A DNA stretch of 64,000 nucleotides from an uncultured Bacilli bacterium (GTDB lineage Bacteria > Bacillota_I > Bacilli_A > RF39 > UBA660), in NCBI GenBank assembly GCA_963931185.1, contig OZ006981.1:79311-143310 (forward strand), given 5' to 3'. Position 1 is the stretch's first letter. Each line of letters opens with the position of its first letter. Below the pieces are notes generated by a model. The model did not search any database. It was not told the DNA's origin and saw only the letters and a list, made by a program, of their open reading frames with translations. The position numbers were made by a program, and so were the translations under genes. Below, piece by piece: positions 1 through 9,378 of this stretch.

Positions 1-30
1 AGAACTTGTTAAAAATTTAAAATTGTAAGT

Positions 31-1323
31 TTAATAAAGTTCTTTTTTTATTGTTTTAAAATGTAGTAGAGTAACAAGTAAAATATTTGAAATCATTGCA
101 ATAAGAAAACTATATAACCCAATTTTTAACATACTACAAAGAAAAATTAGAATGATTTTAGTTATTGTACCTAAAATATTATCATACATTATATTCTTAG
201 ATTTATTTATAGCCTGTAAAACACTAGCAAGAGGAGCTTGAATATAAAGAACTATAAAAAATGGTGCTATTATTTTTAAATAGTTTCCCCCTCTAGTTGT
301 TTTATAAATATTATTAAGAAAAAATGTAGGGTTAAACATTAATATTAAAGTAGCAGGCACTCCAATTAATAATGATATTAATATTACTTGTTTTAATCTT
401 TTCCTAATTTCTCTTTTATTGCCAAGTACATAATTTCTTGAAATAATAGGCATAAGTGCACTACTTAACGCATTTGTAAAAAAATTAGGTAACATTAAAA
501 GTGGCAATACATAACCTTCAATTATCCCATACTCAGTTATTATATAATTATTGCTGTATCCAATTGCACTTAAAGATAATGTTAAAATAATTGGTTCAAA
601 AAAATAGCAAACAGATCCAATTAACCTTGACCCAGTAGTAGGTAATGCAATTGAAAGGATATTTTTTACATTAGATAAATCAGGAATAATTTCTTTCCTT
701 CTAATATTTTTCTTATTTGGAATAAAAAATAGTAATACGATAATAGAAGATAGTTCACTTATCATATTAACTAAAATTAATCCTGTTACTGCATAAATTA
801 TACTTTTTTCTAAAAGAGTTGGAATTATTAATATAAAAAGGCTTAATCTTACCAACTGTTCGATTATTAAAGAAATCATATGAGGAAACATTCTCTGTTT
901 TCCCAAAAAATAACCCCTTAAAATTGATGATATACTATCAAATGGTAAGACTAAAGCAATAGCTAATATAGGATAAAGAACGCGAGGTTCCTTTAATAAA
1001 TCATTAGCTAAATAAGGAGCAATTATTATAATTATAAGCATTAAAAAAAAATTTAATAACAATGAGAAAGGAATTATCGAAAATACTAATTTTTTATTAT
1101 TATACATTTCTTCAGAAACAAGCTTACTAATAGCAATAGGAAATCCTAATTGTGATATAGTCATAAATAAAGAAAAAGTAGGAAAAACTAGCATATAAAG
1201 ACTAATTCCTTCTGTTCCAACAATTCGTGTCATTATAATTTTTATTAGCATTCCTAAGGCTTTAGTAATAGCCCCGCCAAATATTAAAATTATTGTTGAT
1301 TTTATAAATGTTTCTTTTTTCAT
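31..1323 (-). CDS. spoVB: MOP-superfamily flippase, SpoVB/MurJ-like (polysaccharide biosynthesis protein family)
   Basis: 430-aa polytopic membrane ORF. N-terminus MKKETFIKSTIILIFGGAITKALGML...GISLYMLVFPTFSL...GFPIAISKLV closely follows the B. subtilis SpoVB N-terminal pattern. Confidence 0.6.
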   Translation of the reverse strand: MKKETFIKSTIILIFGGAITKALGMLIKIIMTRIVGTEGISLYMLVFPTFSLFMTISQLGFPIAISKLVSEEMYNNKKLVFSIIPFSLLLNFFLMLIIIIIAPYLANDLLKEPRVLYPILAIALVLPFDSISSILRGYFLGKQRMFPHMISLIIEQLVRLSLFILIIPTLLEKSIIYAVTGLILVNMISELSSIIVLLFFIPNKKNIRRKEIIPDLSNVKNILSIALPTTGSRLIGSVCYFFEPIILTLSLSAIGYSNNYIITEYGIIEGYVLPLLMLPNFFTNALSSALMPIISRNYVLGNKREIRKRLKQVILISLLIGVPATLILMFNPTFFLNNIYKTTRGGNYLKIIAPFFIVLYIQAPLASVLQAINKSKNIMYDNILGTITKIILIFLCSMLKIGLYSFLIAMISNILLVTLLHFKTIKKELY

Positions 1324-1412
1324 GACTCACCTAATTTAATTGTATGAAAAAAGTAAAGTTTAATATGCAAAACTTTACTTTATTTTATACAAATATTAGA
1401 TATTAATATTAA

Positions 1413-1499
1413 TTACATAAACATTAAACTAGCGACAAAGGAAAATATCATAACCAATACTAAAATAAAAGATACAACTCTAATAGTTTTTTTACTCAT
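1413..1499 (-). CDS. 28-aa hydrophobic micro-ORF (MSKKTIRVVSFILVLVMIFSFVASLMFM) with strong GGAGGTGA RBS, upstream of spoVB-like gene
   Basis: Read by eye on the minus strand and not in the ORF track because it is shorter than 60 aa. RBS gaggtgatt sits 6 nt before ATG and the product is a single predicted TM helix. Confidence 0.25.
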   Translation of the reverse strand: MSKKTIRVVSFILVLVMIFSFVASLMFM

Positions 1500-1617
1500 A
1501 GTAATCACCTCGTTATCAATTATAATAAATTATTTAAAATTTGTAAATAAAATATATTTATAAAATAATATGTATATTATTATTTTTCTATAATATATTT
1601 TACTAGGTGAAATAATA

Positions 1618-2226
1618 ATGAAAGCAATATTTAAAGTAAAAAATAACATTGAAAAGCAAAAATCAATATATGTAATACTAATTGGACTAGCAGTAATATC
1701 ATTAATTTTTGGAATAATCTTTATTTTTTTAATTTCAGATGATAATCTCACACATATAAAAGAAAGTTTAACTTTATTCTTTTCAAATGTCACAAATAAT
1801 AACAAAATAGATATTTTTCTAAATTCAATATTTAATAATTATCTATATTTATTTTTAATATGGTTACTAGGGATATCTATAATTGGTCTACCAATAATAA
1901 TAATAATTTTATTATTTAAATTTTTTATTTTTGGATTTTCTATATCTTCAATAATATATACTTTTAAATGGAATGGGATATTAAAAGTAATCGTAAATTC
2001 CTTTCCTCATCAAATTTTATACTTAATTGTTTTAATATTAATATCTTTTTATGCAATATCTTTCTGCTTAAAACTTTTTAACTATCTATTTTTAAAAAAA
2101 ATAATTAACTTCAAAGAAGTTATGCATAAATATATAAAAATATTAGTAATAAGTTTATTAACAACATTATTTATTTCTTTATATGAAACTTATATATTAA
2201 GTTATTTGCTGAATTTGCTTAAATAA
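1618..2226 (+). CDS. polytopic membrane protein, possibly SpoIIM/DUF95-like
   Basis: 202 aa with 4-5 hydrophobic helices. Size and topology fit the SpoIIM family, and it lies near xerD/deoB as spoIIM does in B. subtilis, but no diagnostic motif was recognised. Confidence 0.35.
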   Translation: MKAIFKVKNNIEKQKSIYVILIGLAVISLIFGIIFIFLISDDNLTHIKESLTLFFSNVTNNNKIDIFLNSIFNNYLYLFLIWLLGISIIGLPIIIIILLFKFFIFGFSISSIIYTFKWNGILKVIVNSFPHQILYLIVLILISFYAISFCLKLFNYLFLKKIINFKEVMHKYIKILVISLLTTLFISLYETYILSYLLNLLK

Positions 2227-2271
2227 TAGATAATTTTTGATAAATGGTGTATAATTATTTTGGTGATATTT

Positions 2272-3378
2272 ATGACAAAAGTTATCATAGGAATAAGTGG
2301 TGGAGTTGATTCTTCAGTTGCAGCGCTACTATTAAAAAAGCAAGGATATGAAGTAGAAGGATTATTTATGCGTAATTGGGATTCGACTGTCAATAATGAT
2401 TTCTTAGGTAATCCTAACCTAGAAAATGATATTTGTCCACAAGAAAAAGACTACAATGATGCAATAGAAATTTGTAAAAAATTAGATATTCCTCTACATA
2501 GAATTGACTTTGTAAAAGAATATTGGGATTATGTTTTCGAATATTTTTTAAGTGAATTAAAAAAAGGAAGAACTCCTAATCCAGATATAATGTGTAATAA
2601 ATATATAAAATTTGATTATTTTGTGAGAGAAGCAAAAAAATTAGGCGCTGATTATATTGCAACAGGTCATTATGCAAAAATAAAAAATGGATTTTTATTA
2701 AAAGCTAAAGATAGTAACAAAGATCAAACATATTTTTTGTCACAGTTAACAAAAGAACAATTAGATAGAGTAATTTTCCCTTTGGGTGATATAACAAAAG
2801 ATGAAGTACGAAAAATAGCTAAAGAAAATAATTTAATAACTGCAGATAAAAAAGATTCTACGGGAATCTGCTTTATTGGTGAAAGGCATTTTAAAGAGTT
2901 TTTAGAAAATTATTTTAAAAAAGAAAAAGGTGACATAATAGATATTACTACCAACAAAAAAATTGGAGAACATGATGGACTTATGTACTATACAATAGGA
3001 CAAAGAAAAGGATTAGACATTGGTGGGAATAAAGAAAGATTATTTGTTGTAGGAAAAAATCTAGAAAAAAACATTTTGTATGTTTCACTAGGAGATGATA
3101 ATAGCTATTTAATATCAGATAGTTGCATTATTAATCAAATTAATTTTAACTGTAATATTAGACCTCAAAAATGTACTGCCAAATTTAGATATCGTGCACA
3201 AGAATATCCAGTCGAATTAGAATATATAAACGAAGATTGTATTTTAGTTAAATATGATTCAATTAAAGCTGTTACTCCTGGACAAGCTTGTGTTTTATAT
3301 CTAGAAGACAAATGTATAGGCGGTGGTATAATTGATGAAGTCAAGAAAAATAATAAAAAATTATGGTATTTATTATAA
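2272..3378 (+). CDS. mnmA: tRNA-specific 2-thiouridylase MnmA
   Basis: PP-loop motif IGISGGVDSSVAA, the conserved CNKYIKF cysteine region and a C-terminal beta-barrel region. Start taken at MTKVIIG, preceded by GGTGA. Confidence 0.9.
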   Translation: MTKVIIGISGGVDSSVAALLLKKQGYEVEGLFMRNWDSTVNNDFLGNPNLENDICPQEKDYNDAIEICKKLDIPLHRIDFVKEYWDYVFEYFLSELKKGRTPNPDIMCNKYIKFDYFVREAKKLGADYIATGHYAKIKNGFLLKAKDSNKDQTYFLSQLTKEQLDRVIFPLGDITKDEVRKIAKENNLITADKKDSTGICFIGERHFKEFLENYFKKEKGDIIDITTNKKIGEHDGLMYYTIGQRKGLDIGGNKERLFVVGKNLEKNILYVSLGDDNSYLISDSCIINQINFNCNIRPQKCTAKFRYRAQEYPVELEYINEDCILVKYDSIKAVTPGQACVLYLEDKCIGGGIIDEVKKNNKKLWYLL

Positions 3379-3459
3379 TATAAATTAAATAATTATTTTA
3401 CATTACACTTGACAATATAAATTGATTTGATAAAATTAAAAGTAGAGGAGTGGTTATCT

Positions 3460-4227
3460 ATGAAAAAATTAAATGACATCTTAAATGAATTAGGAATATC
3501 AAAAGTAAGACTAGCTAAGTATTTAGGCGTATCTAGACAAATGCTATACAATTATCTAGCTATGGATAGTTTAAAAAAATGGCCTAAAGAAAAATCTACT
3601 AAATTATTTGGTCTTTTAAATATAAAATCAGAAGAAGAAATGGATAGACTTATAATTGACAGTAATTATATTATGGAAGTAGAAAATAGATTAAATGATG
3701 GAGTTAAAGATTCTTCTAATAGAGAAATACTGGCTGATTTGAAAAATTTTAATAAAAAAGAACAAGAGCTTTTAAGTGATATAATAAACTTGTTAAAAGA
3801 AAGATTAGCTGAAGACAAAACAAAAGAAACTTTTAATGCTTTTACCTATTTATATCACTATCTGCAATCTATGGAAACATCAAAAGAATTAAAATATATA
3901 TTAGCGTATATGTCTAAATCTATGGGATTTACTAATCCAATGGAATTTGCATTTAATCAAAATCAACAGTTTATTTTTGAAAGTATATTATTTTCTGCAT
4001 TAACATTATATAACAGCGGTAATGCATCTAAAGTAAGATTAGCTGAATCACACAAAAAATTTGTTAAAGATATCGAACATAAAAATGAAGAAAAATTGAG
4101 TCGAACTCAAGAACTTAATACTGCCAAAATACAAGCATTAAGAGAATTAGGATATAATGAAATAAACGAAGAAAATGCTAAGGAAGTGTTAGATAAAATT
4201 GCTGAAATACAATCTAGGAAAGTATAA
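3460..4227 (+). CDS. HTH-domain protein (XRE-like N-terminal helix-turn-helix), function unknown
   Basis: N-terminus MKKLNDILNELGISKVRLAKYLGVSRQMLYNY is a classic HTH. RBS gaggag precedes the chosen ATG. Confidence 0.5.
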   Translation: MKKLNDILNELGISKVRLAKYLGVSRQMLYNYLAMDSLKKWPKEKSTKLFGLLNIKSEEEMDRLIIDSNYIMEVENRLNDGVKDSSNREILADLKNFNKKEQELLSDIINLLKERLAEDKTKETFNAFTYLYHYLQSMETSKELKYILAYMSKSMGFTNPMEFAFNQNQQFIFESILFSALTLYNSGNASKVRLAESHKKFVKDIEHKNEEKLSRTQELNTAKIQALRELGYNEINEENAKEVLDKIAEIQSRKV

Positions 4228-4311
4228 ATTATCATTTAAAAGCATCTCTTTTTTATTATGATGCAACTTCCGATAATATATATTATGTTGCCTTTTGTAA
4301 TTTAGAATCAC

Positions 4312-5538
4312 TTATTCATAAAGTTCATCTAACATTATTATATAATCACTTATATCCTTACTATTTAAATATAATTTAATTTTCTTAATATATAATTCAG
4401 GATCGTATAAAATTAATTCTGAATTATAAATATTATTATTATTATCTATAAATATAAGTTTAAAAAAAGTAATTTTTTTAGATATCCAATGTATTTTTTT
4501 TATATATGAAATTTTATTATTTTGAACAATATTATATTCATTTCTATTAACAAAGTTTTCATCTAATGCAGATAATAATCTAATTAGTTTATTTTTGCCG
4601 ATAAAAATTTCATATATTAACAATATATATAATTGAATAGTAATATAACTAAAAATTGTACCATCAAACATGTAAAAAACAATTAATGATAAAACAATAA
4701 ATAATACTGTAATAAGCATATTTTTTATAAACTCAATTTCTCTATAAAATAAGAAAGCATATATAATTCCTGGTTTATTATTTATAAAAGTAACGTTTTG
4801 ATATAGTTTTTTCTGTTCTAGGCATAGTTTAGATATTTTATTTTTTATTACAATTAAAAGTATTAAACTAATTAAAGAATATAATAAATATGCAAATGGA
4901 ATATTACAATATATCAATATAATGTATATCAATATATATATTATATAATTATAAAAACTACTAAACTCAATTTTAGCCTTAAATTCAATATTTTCAATAT
5001 AATCTTTTTCTTTATCTATATTAAAACAAACATTTTTCTTATTTTTAATCATAAATTTTATTAGAAATACTATATCAATAATTATTAAAATAGAAAGAAT
5101 AAAGAAAGAATTAGTTAATATTAGAAAATTATTAATATCCCCTACTCTTTTATACAAAACTAAAGATATAATAATGTTATATATAAAAATTAATCTATAT
5201 TTGTGTTCGTACTCATTTAATAGTACATAATTAAAATTATTTTTTATATTTTTTACTAATATATTAAGTTTTAAGTCAAAAATAATAGATAAAACAATTA
5301 GTAGTATATTTGTTACAAAATAAATTAAATTGATATCATCTTTTAATAAAAATAATATAAAATAATAAACAAAATCTATTAACATAATACTAATATTTAA
5401 TAATTTAATAAACTTATACAATTTAATTAAATTATTTTCTTTCTCTATAGTTGAAAAACTATAATTTTTACTTTTCTTTTTAAATAAATTAATCAATATT
5501 ATATAAATAATAATAATAATTAAATACATTATAAGCAT
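4312..5538 (-). CDS. hypothetical polytopic membrane protein (low complexity, Ile/Leu/Asn-rich)
   Basis: 408-aa ORF with many hydrophobic segments and no recognisable catalytic motif. Confidence 0.4.
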   Translation of the reverse strand: MLIMYLIIIIIYIILINLFKKKSKNYSFSTIEKENNLIKLYKFIKLLNISIMLIDFVYYFILFLLKDDINLIYFVTNILLIVLSIIFDLKLNILVKNIKNNFNYVLLNEYEHKYRLIFIYNIIISLVLYKRVGDINNFLILTNSFFILSILIIIDIVFLIKFMIKNKKNVCFNIDKEKDYIENIEFKAKIEFSSFYNYIIYILIYIILIYCNIPFAYLLYSLISLILLIVIKNKISKLCLEQKKLYQNVTFINNKPGIIYAFLFYREIEFIKNMLITVLFIVLSLIVFYMFDGTIFSYITIQLYILLIYEIFIGKNKLIRLLSALDENFVNRNEYNIVQNNKISYIKKIHWISKKITFFKLIFIDNNNNIYNSELILYDPELYIKKIKLYLNSKDISDYIIMLDELYE

Positions 5539-5640
5539 TATTAAATCACTTCCTAATTTATATATAACTAAATTTTATCATATTTTTATAAATAATAAAT
5601 AATAAATTAATATTTGTTAATAATAATATTGGAGGTATTT

Positions 5641-5832
5641 ATGAATAAAAATAAAGAAAAAGCAACTTCTAAGATAAAATGTGATGTAACAACTTGTGCT
5701 AACAATGACAATAATTCAAATTTATGCAAGTTAAAAGAAGTAAAAATCAGTTGTTGTTGTTGTGGTGATGAAGTTAGTGAAAAAGATGAAACCATATGCA
5801 ATAGTTATAAAAATATTGATAATGAAAAATAA
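5641..5832 (+). CDS. small cysteine-rich protein, DUF1540-like
   Basis: MNKNKEKATSKIKCDVTTCANND...CKLKEVKISCCCCGDEV matches the C.V..C.yN....C.a..I.v pattern of DUF1540. GGAGG RBS lies 7 nt upstream. Confidence 0.5.
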   Translation: MNKNKEKATSKIKCDVTTCANNDNNSNLCKLKEVKISCCCCGDEVSEKDETICNSYKNIDNEK

Positions 5833-5862
5833 TAGAACTACTATTACAGCAGTTCTATTTTA
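5832..5862. terminator. bidirectional hairpin terminator between convergent DUF1540 gene and deoB
   Basis: tagaactac-tattacagc-agttcta stem-loop followed by T-rich tract; overlaps the deoB stop codon. Confidence 0.4.
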
Positions 5863-7024
5863 ATTTATTTAAAAAACTAGTTCCAATTTCTGGCTTCTCA
5901 ACATTAAAATTTTCAGAAATTGTAGCAGCAATATCGGCCATACTATTTAGAATATCCATTTTTTGAGGGTCCTTAAACTGTCTACTAAATACTATTACAG
6001 GGACATTTTCACGTGTGTGTGCATTTCCTGAAAAAGTTGGATCATTACCATGATCGGCAGTAATAATTAATAAATCATCATTTTCTAATTTATTTAGTAT
6101 CATTGGAACTTCAACATCAAATTCTTCAATTGCTTTTGCATATCCTTCAACATCCCTATTATGACCATATAAAGCATCAAAATCACTAAGATTTGCAACA
6201 CAAAGACCAGTAAATTTTTTATTCATAATATCAGTTAATTTATTTAATGTATCCATATTATTAAAAGAAGATTTTACTATTTTAGTTATTCCTTGCTCAT
6301 CAAATATATCACTTATTTTTCCTATTGAAATAACACTATAATCATTATCTTTTAAATAATCCATAACACTCTTTTTAGGAGGTTTAATAGCATAATCACA
6401 TCTATCAGCAGTAAATTTAAATTTTCCAGGTTTGCCAGTAAATGGACGGGCAATAACTCTAGCAATTCTCCATTCATCAGATAATGTTATTTTTCGTATT
6501 TTTTCACAATAACTATATAATTTAGGAATAGGTATTATATCTTCATGAGCAGCGACTTGTAAAGTTGAGTCAGAAGAAGTATATATTATAAGACTTCCAT
6601 ACGATAAATGCCTTTCACCTAATTCATTTATAATTGTATCGCCACTAACGACCTTATTTCCAATAACTCTTTTACCAGTTACCTTTTCTATCTGCTCTAA
6701 TAATTCACGAGGGAAAGCTCTTTCAGTAAAAGTTTTAAAAGGTGTTATACTTCTTATGCCTAATAATTCATAATGTGATGTTAAACTATCTTTTCCTACA
6801 TTTGTTGGTCTTGCAATAGTATAATAAGCATCTACATCATTGTTATCGTTCATATTTATAGTATTTATAAATCCTAATTTTTTTAAATTAGGAATAAAAA
6901 TATCATAATTATCCATGATATGTTTTAATGTATTTGCACCATTATCACCATAATTATTAGCATCGATTGCTTCTCCTACCCCTAATGAATCAAGTATTAA
7001 TAAAAATATTCGCTTAAATTTCAT
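5855..7024 (-). CDS. deoB: phosphopentomutase
   Basis: 389 aa. N-terminus MKFKRIFLLILDSLGVGE and the metal-binding alkaline-phosphatase-superfamily pattern are typical of DeoB/Drm. Confidence 0.9.
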   Translation of the reverse strand: MKFKRIFLLILDSLGVGEAIDANNYGDNGANTLKHIMDNYDIFIPNLKKLGFINTINMNDNNDVDAYYTIARPTNVGKDSLTSHYELLGIRSITPFKTFTERAFPRELLEQIEKVTGKRVIGNKVVSGDTIINELGERHLSYGSLIIYTSSDSTLQVAAHEDIIPIPKLYSYCEKIRKITLSDEWRIARVIARPFTGKPGKFKFTADRCDYAIKPPKKSVMDYLKDNDYSVISIGKISDIFDEQGITKIVKSSFNNMDTLNKLTDIMNKKFTGLCVANLSDFDALYGHNRDVEGYAKAIEEFDVEVPMILNKLENDDLLIITADHGNDPTFSGNAHTRENVPVIVFSRQFKDPQKMDILNSMADIAATISENFNVEKPEIGTSFLNKLK

Positions 7025-7035
7025 ATTTACATCTC

Positions 7036-7923
7036 CTATTTTTTGCTTCTCGGATGATATTCTATATAATCATTTTTTACTTTGTTATTTGAAATATGTG
7101 TATATATTCTTGTTGTTGAAATATCACTATGTCCTAAAAGTTCTTGAATACTCCTTAAATCTGCACCATATTCTAACATATGGGTTGCAAAACTATGTCT
7201 AATACTATGTGGTGAAATATCCTTGTTTATATTCTTATCTTTAAGAAGACATTTTAGTATTTTAAAAAAGCTAAAACGACTCAATCTAGTTCCAAGATTA
7301 TTTAAAAATAAATAATCATTATTTTTCTTTTTTAAAAAATATTTTCGATAGTTAAGATATTCCTGTAAAAATTTAATAACATATTCGCCAATTGGAACAA
7401 TTCTTTCTTTACTACCCTTTCCAATACATCTGATAATACAATTTTCAAAATCTACATCGAAAGTTTTTAAATTTAGTAATTCAGATATTCTAAGTCCTGT
7501 TCCATATAATAATTCTAACATAGCTTTGTTTCTATAGTCAAATGGTGTATTAAGCTTTATATCTAATAACAAAGAAACTTCTTCAACTGTTAATACATTT
7601 GGTAGTTTCTTTGCCAACTTTGGTCTCTCTACTATTAAAGCAACATCTTCTTTAACTTTTCCTATAGCATACAAATACTTATGAAAATTTTTAATAGAAG
7701 TTAATTTTCTTGCAATTGAAGTTGTTTTTATATCTTGTTTTCTTAATAATTCCAAATATTGAATTATATCTTTTTTAACTATATCATTTACAGAATTAAT
7801 ATTTTTTTGCTTTAAAAACAAAATATAATCATTTAAATCTTTTTCGTATGATATACAAGTATTTCTTGCTAATCTTCGTTCATATTCCAAATAATTTATA
7901 TATTCATTTATATCATTATTCAT
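7036..7923 (-). CDS. xerD: tyrosine site-specific recombinase XerD
   Basis: Conserved R...HSFATHMLEYGADLRSIQELLGHSDISTTRIYTH catalytic region with Tyr. Located immediately upstream of deoB, as ripX/xerD is in B. subtilis. Confidence 0.8.
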   Translation of the reverse strand: MNNDINEYINYLEYERRLARNTCISYEKDLNDYILFLKQKNINSVNDIVKKDIIQYLELLRKQDIKTTSIARKLTSIKNFHKYLYAIGKVKEDVALIVERPKLAKKLPNVLTVEEVSLLLDIKLNTPFDYRNKAMLELLYGTGLRISELLNLKTFDVDFENCIIRCIGKGSKERIVPIGEYVIKFLQEYLNYRKYFLKKKNNDYLFLNNLGTRLSRFSFFKILKCLLKDKNINKDISPHSIRHSFATHMLEYGADLRSIQELLGHSDISTTRIYTHISNNKVKNDYIEYHPRSKK

Positions 7924-8040
7924 AAATACATCCTTAACATTATATATTATATATAATATAATTTGTAAGTAAATTTGTCAAATATATATGTTGAAAGTAA
8001 AACTAATGTTTGATATAATTTTCAAAGAAAGAGTGATTTT

Positions 8041-9264
8041 ATGGAAAAACCTTTAGCTTTAAAACTTGCACCAAACTCAATAGATGAAGTAATTGGTCAA
8101 AAACATTTACTTGGTGAAAACAAAATACTAAGAAATTTAATTAAAAATAAAAAATTACCATCAATGATTTTATATGGTAGACCAGGAATTGGTAAAACAT
8201 CAATTGCAAACGCGATGGTTAAAGATTTAAATATTCGATATCGTTTTTTTAATGCTACTATAAATAATAAAAAGGATTTTGATATTGTGGTTGAAGAAGC
8301 CAAAATGTACGATGGAATTGTTCTAATAATAGATGAAATACATAGATTAAACAAAGATAAACAAGATTTATTACTACCACAAATTGAAAGTGGATTAATA
8401 ACTTTAATAGGACTAACAACCAGTAATCCATATCATAAAATAAATCCAGCAATTAGAAGTCGATGCCATTTATTTGAGTTGCTACCATTAGAAGAAGAAG
8501 ACATTATTGAAGGATTAAAAAGAGCGATAAAACACCCCGATTTAGAAGGAATAACAATAGATAATGATGCAATAAAATATATAGCAAATATTTCTGGAAA
8601 TGATTTAAGATATGCATATAATTTATTAGAAATTGCATTTTTTTCCACTAATGATAAGATAGTTAATATTAATACAATCAAGAAAATTAATAATAAGCCA
8701 GCATTTTTTCACGATAAAAATGAAGATGGACATTATGATGTTTTAAGTGCTTTTCAAAAATCCATAAGAGGAAGTGATGTAAATGCCTCTTTACACTATT
8801 TAGCAAGATTATTAGAAGCTGGAGATTTAGACAGTATATATAGAAGATTAAGTGTCATTTTCTATGAAGACATTGGATTAGCAAATCCAAGTATAGGCCC
8901 AAAATTAAATGCAGCTATTAATGCATCTGAATTAGTAGGATTGCCAGAAGCTGTAATACCAATGGGAGAAATTGTAATTGAAATGGCCCTATCCCCAAAA
9001 TCGAATTCAGCATACTTAGCAATAAATAAAGCTTTAGAAGATGTTAGAACTGGAAAATGTGATAAAGTTCCATCTCATATAAATTCTACAGCAATTGGAT
9101 ACTTATATCCGCATGACTATCCAAATGATTTTGTAGTTCAAGAATATCTACCAGAAAATTTAAGAAAAAAGAACTATTATGAACCAAAAACAACTTCACA
9201 ATACGAAAGAGCTTTGAAACAAATTAAAGAATCAATAGACAAAATAAAAAATAAATCAAACTAA
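8041..9264 (+). CDS. rarA: replication-associated recombination protein A (AAA+ ATPase RarA/MgsA)
   Basis: Walker A GRPGIGKTSIA, Walker B LIIDEIHRLNK and the C-terminal MgsA helical domain. Confidence 0.85.
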   Translation: MEKPLALKLAPNSIDEVIGQKHLLGENKILRNLIKNKKLPSMILYGRPGIGKTSIANAMVKDLNIRYRFFNATINNKKDFDIVVEEAKMYDGIVLIIDEIHRLNKDKQDLLLPQIESGLITLIGLTTSNPYHKINPAIRSRCHLFELLPLEEEDIIEGLKRAIKHPDLEGITIDNDAIKYIANISGNDLRYAYNLLEIAFFSTNDKIVNINTIKKINNKPAFFHDKNEDGHYDVLSAFQKSIRGSDVNASLHYLARLLEAGDLDSIYRRLSVIFYEDIGLANPSIGPKLNAAINASELVGLPEAVIPMGEIVIEMALSPKSNSAYLAINKALEDVRTGKCDKVPSHINSTAIGYLYPHDYPNDFVVQEYLPENLRKKNYYEPKTTSQYERALKQIKESIDKIKNKSN

Positions 9265-9283
9265 TTTATTTTTTAAACTAATA

Positions 9284-9303
9284 TTTTTTCATCATGAAAA
9301 ATT
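9284..9303. terminator. palindromic hairpin between convergent rarA and hybrid kinase
   Basis: ttttttcatcatgaaaaa perfect palindrome in an AT-rich tract. Confidence 0.3.
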
Positions 9304-9378
9304 ATTTGTTAATGAATAAATATATAATAAGCATAACATAAATATATATTTTTCATTTTTAGATAGCACATTTAATTA

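Noticed and set aside
1530-2393. ORFs 1530..1805(-) and 2202..2393(-)
   Set aside because: They overlap the better-supported membrane-protein gene (1618..2226) and the mnmA start, and have poly-Ile/Lys low-complexity translations.
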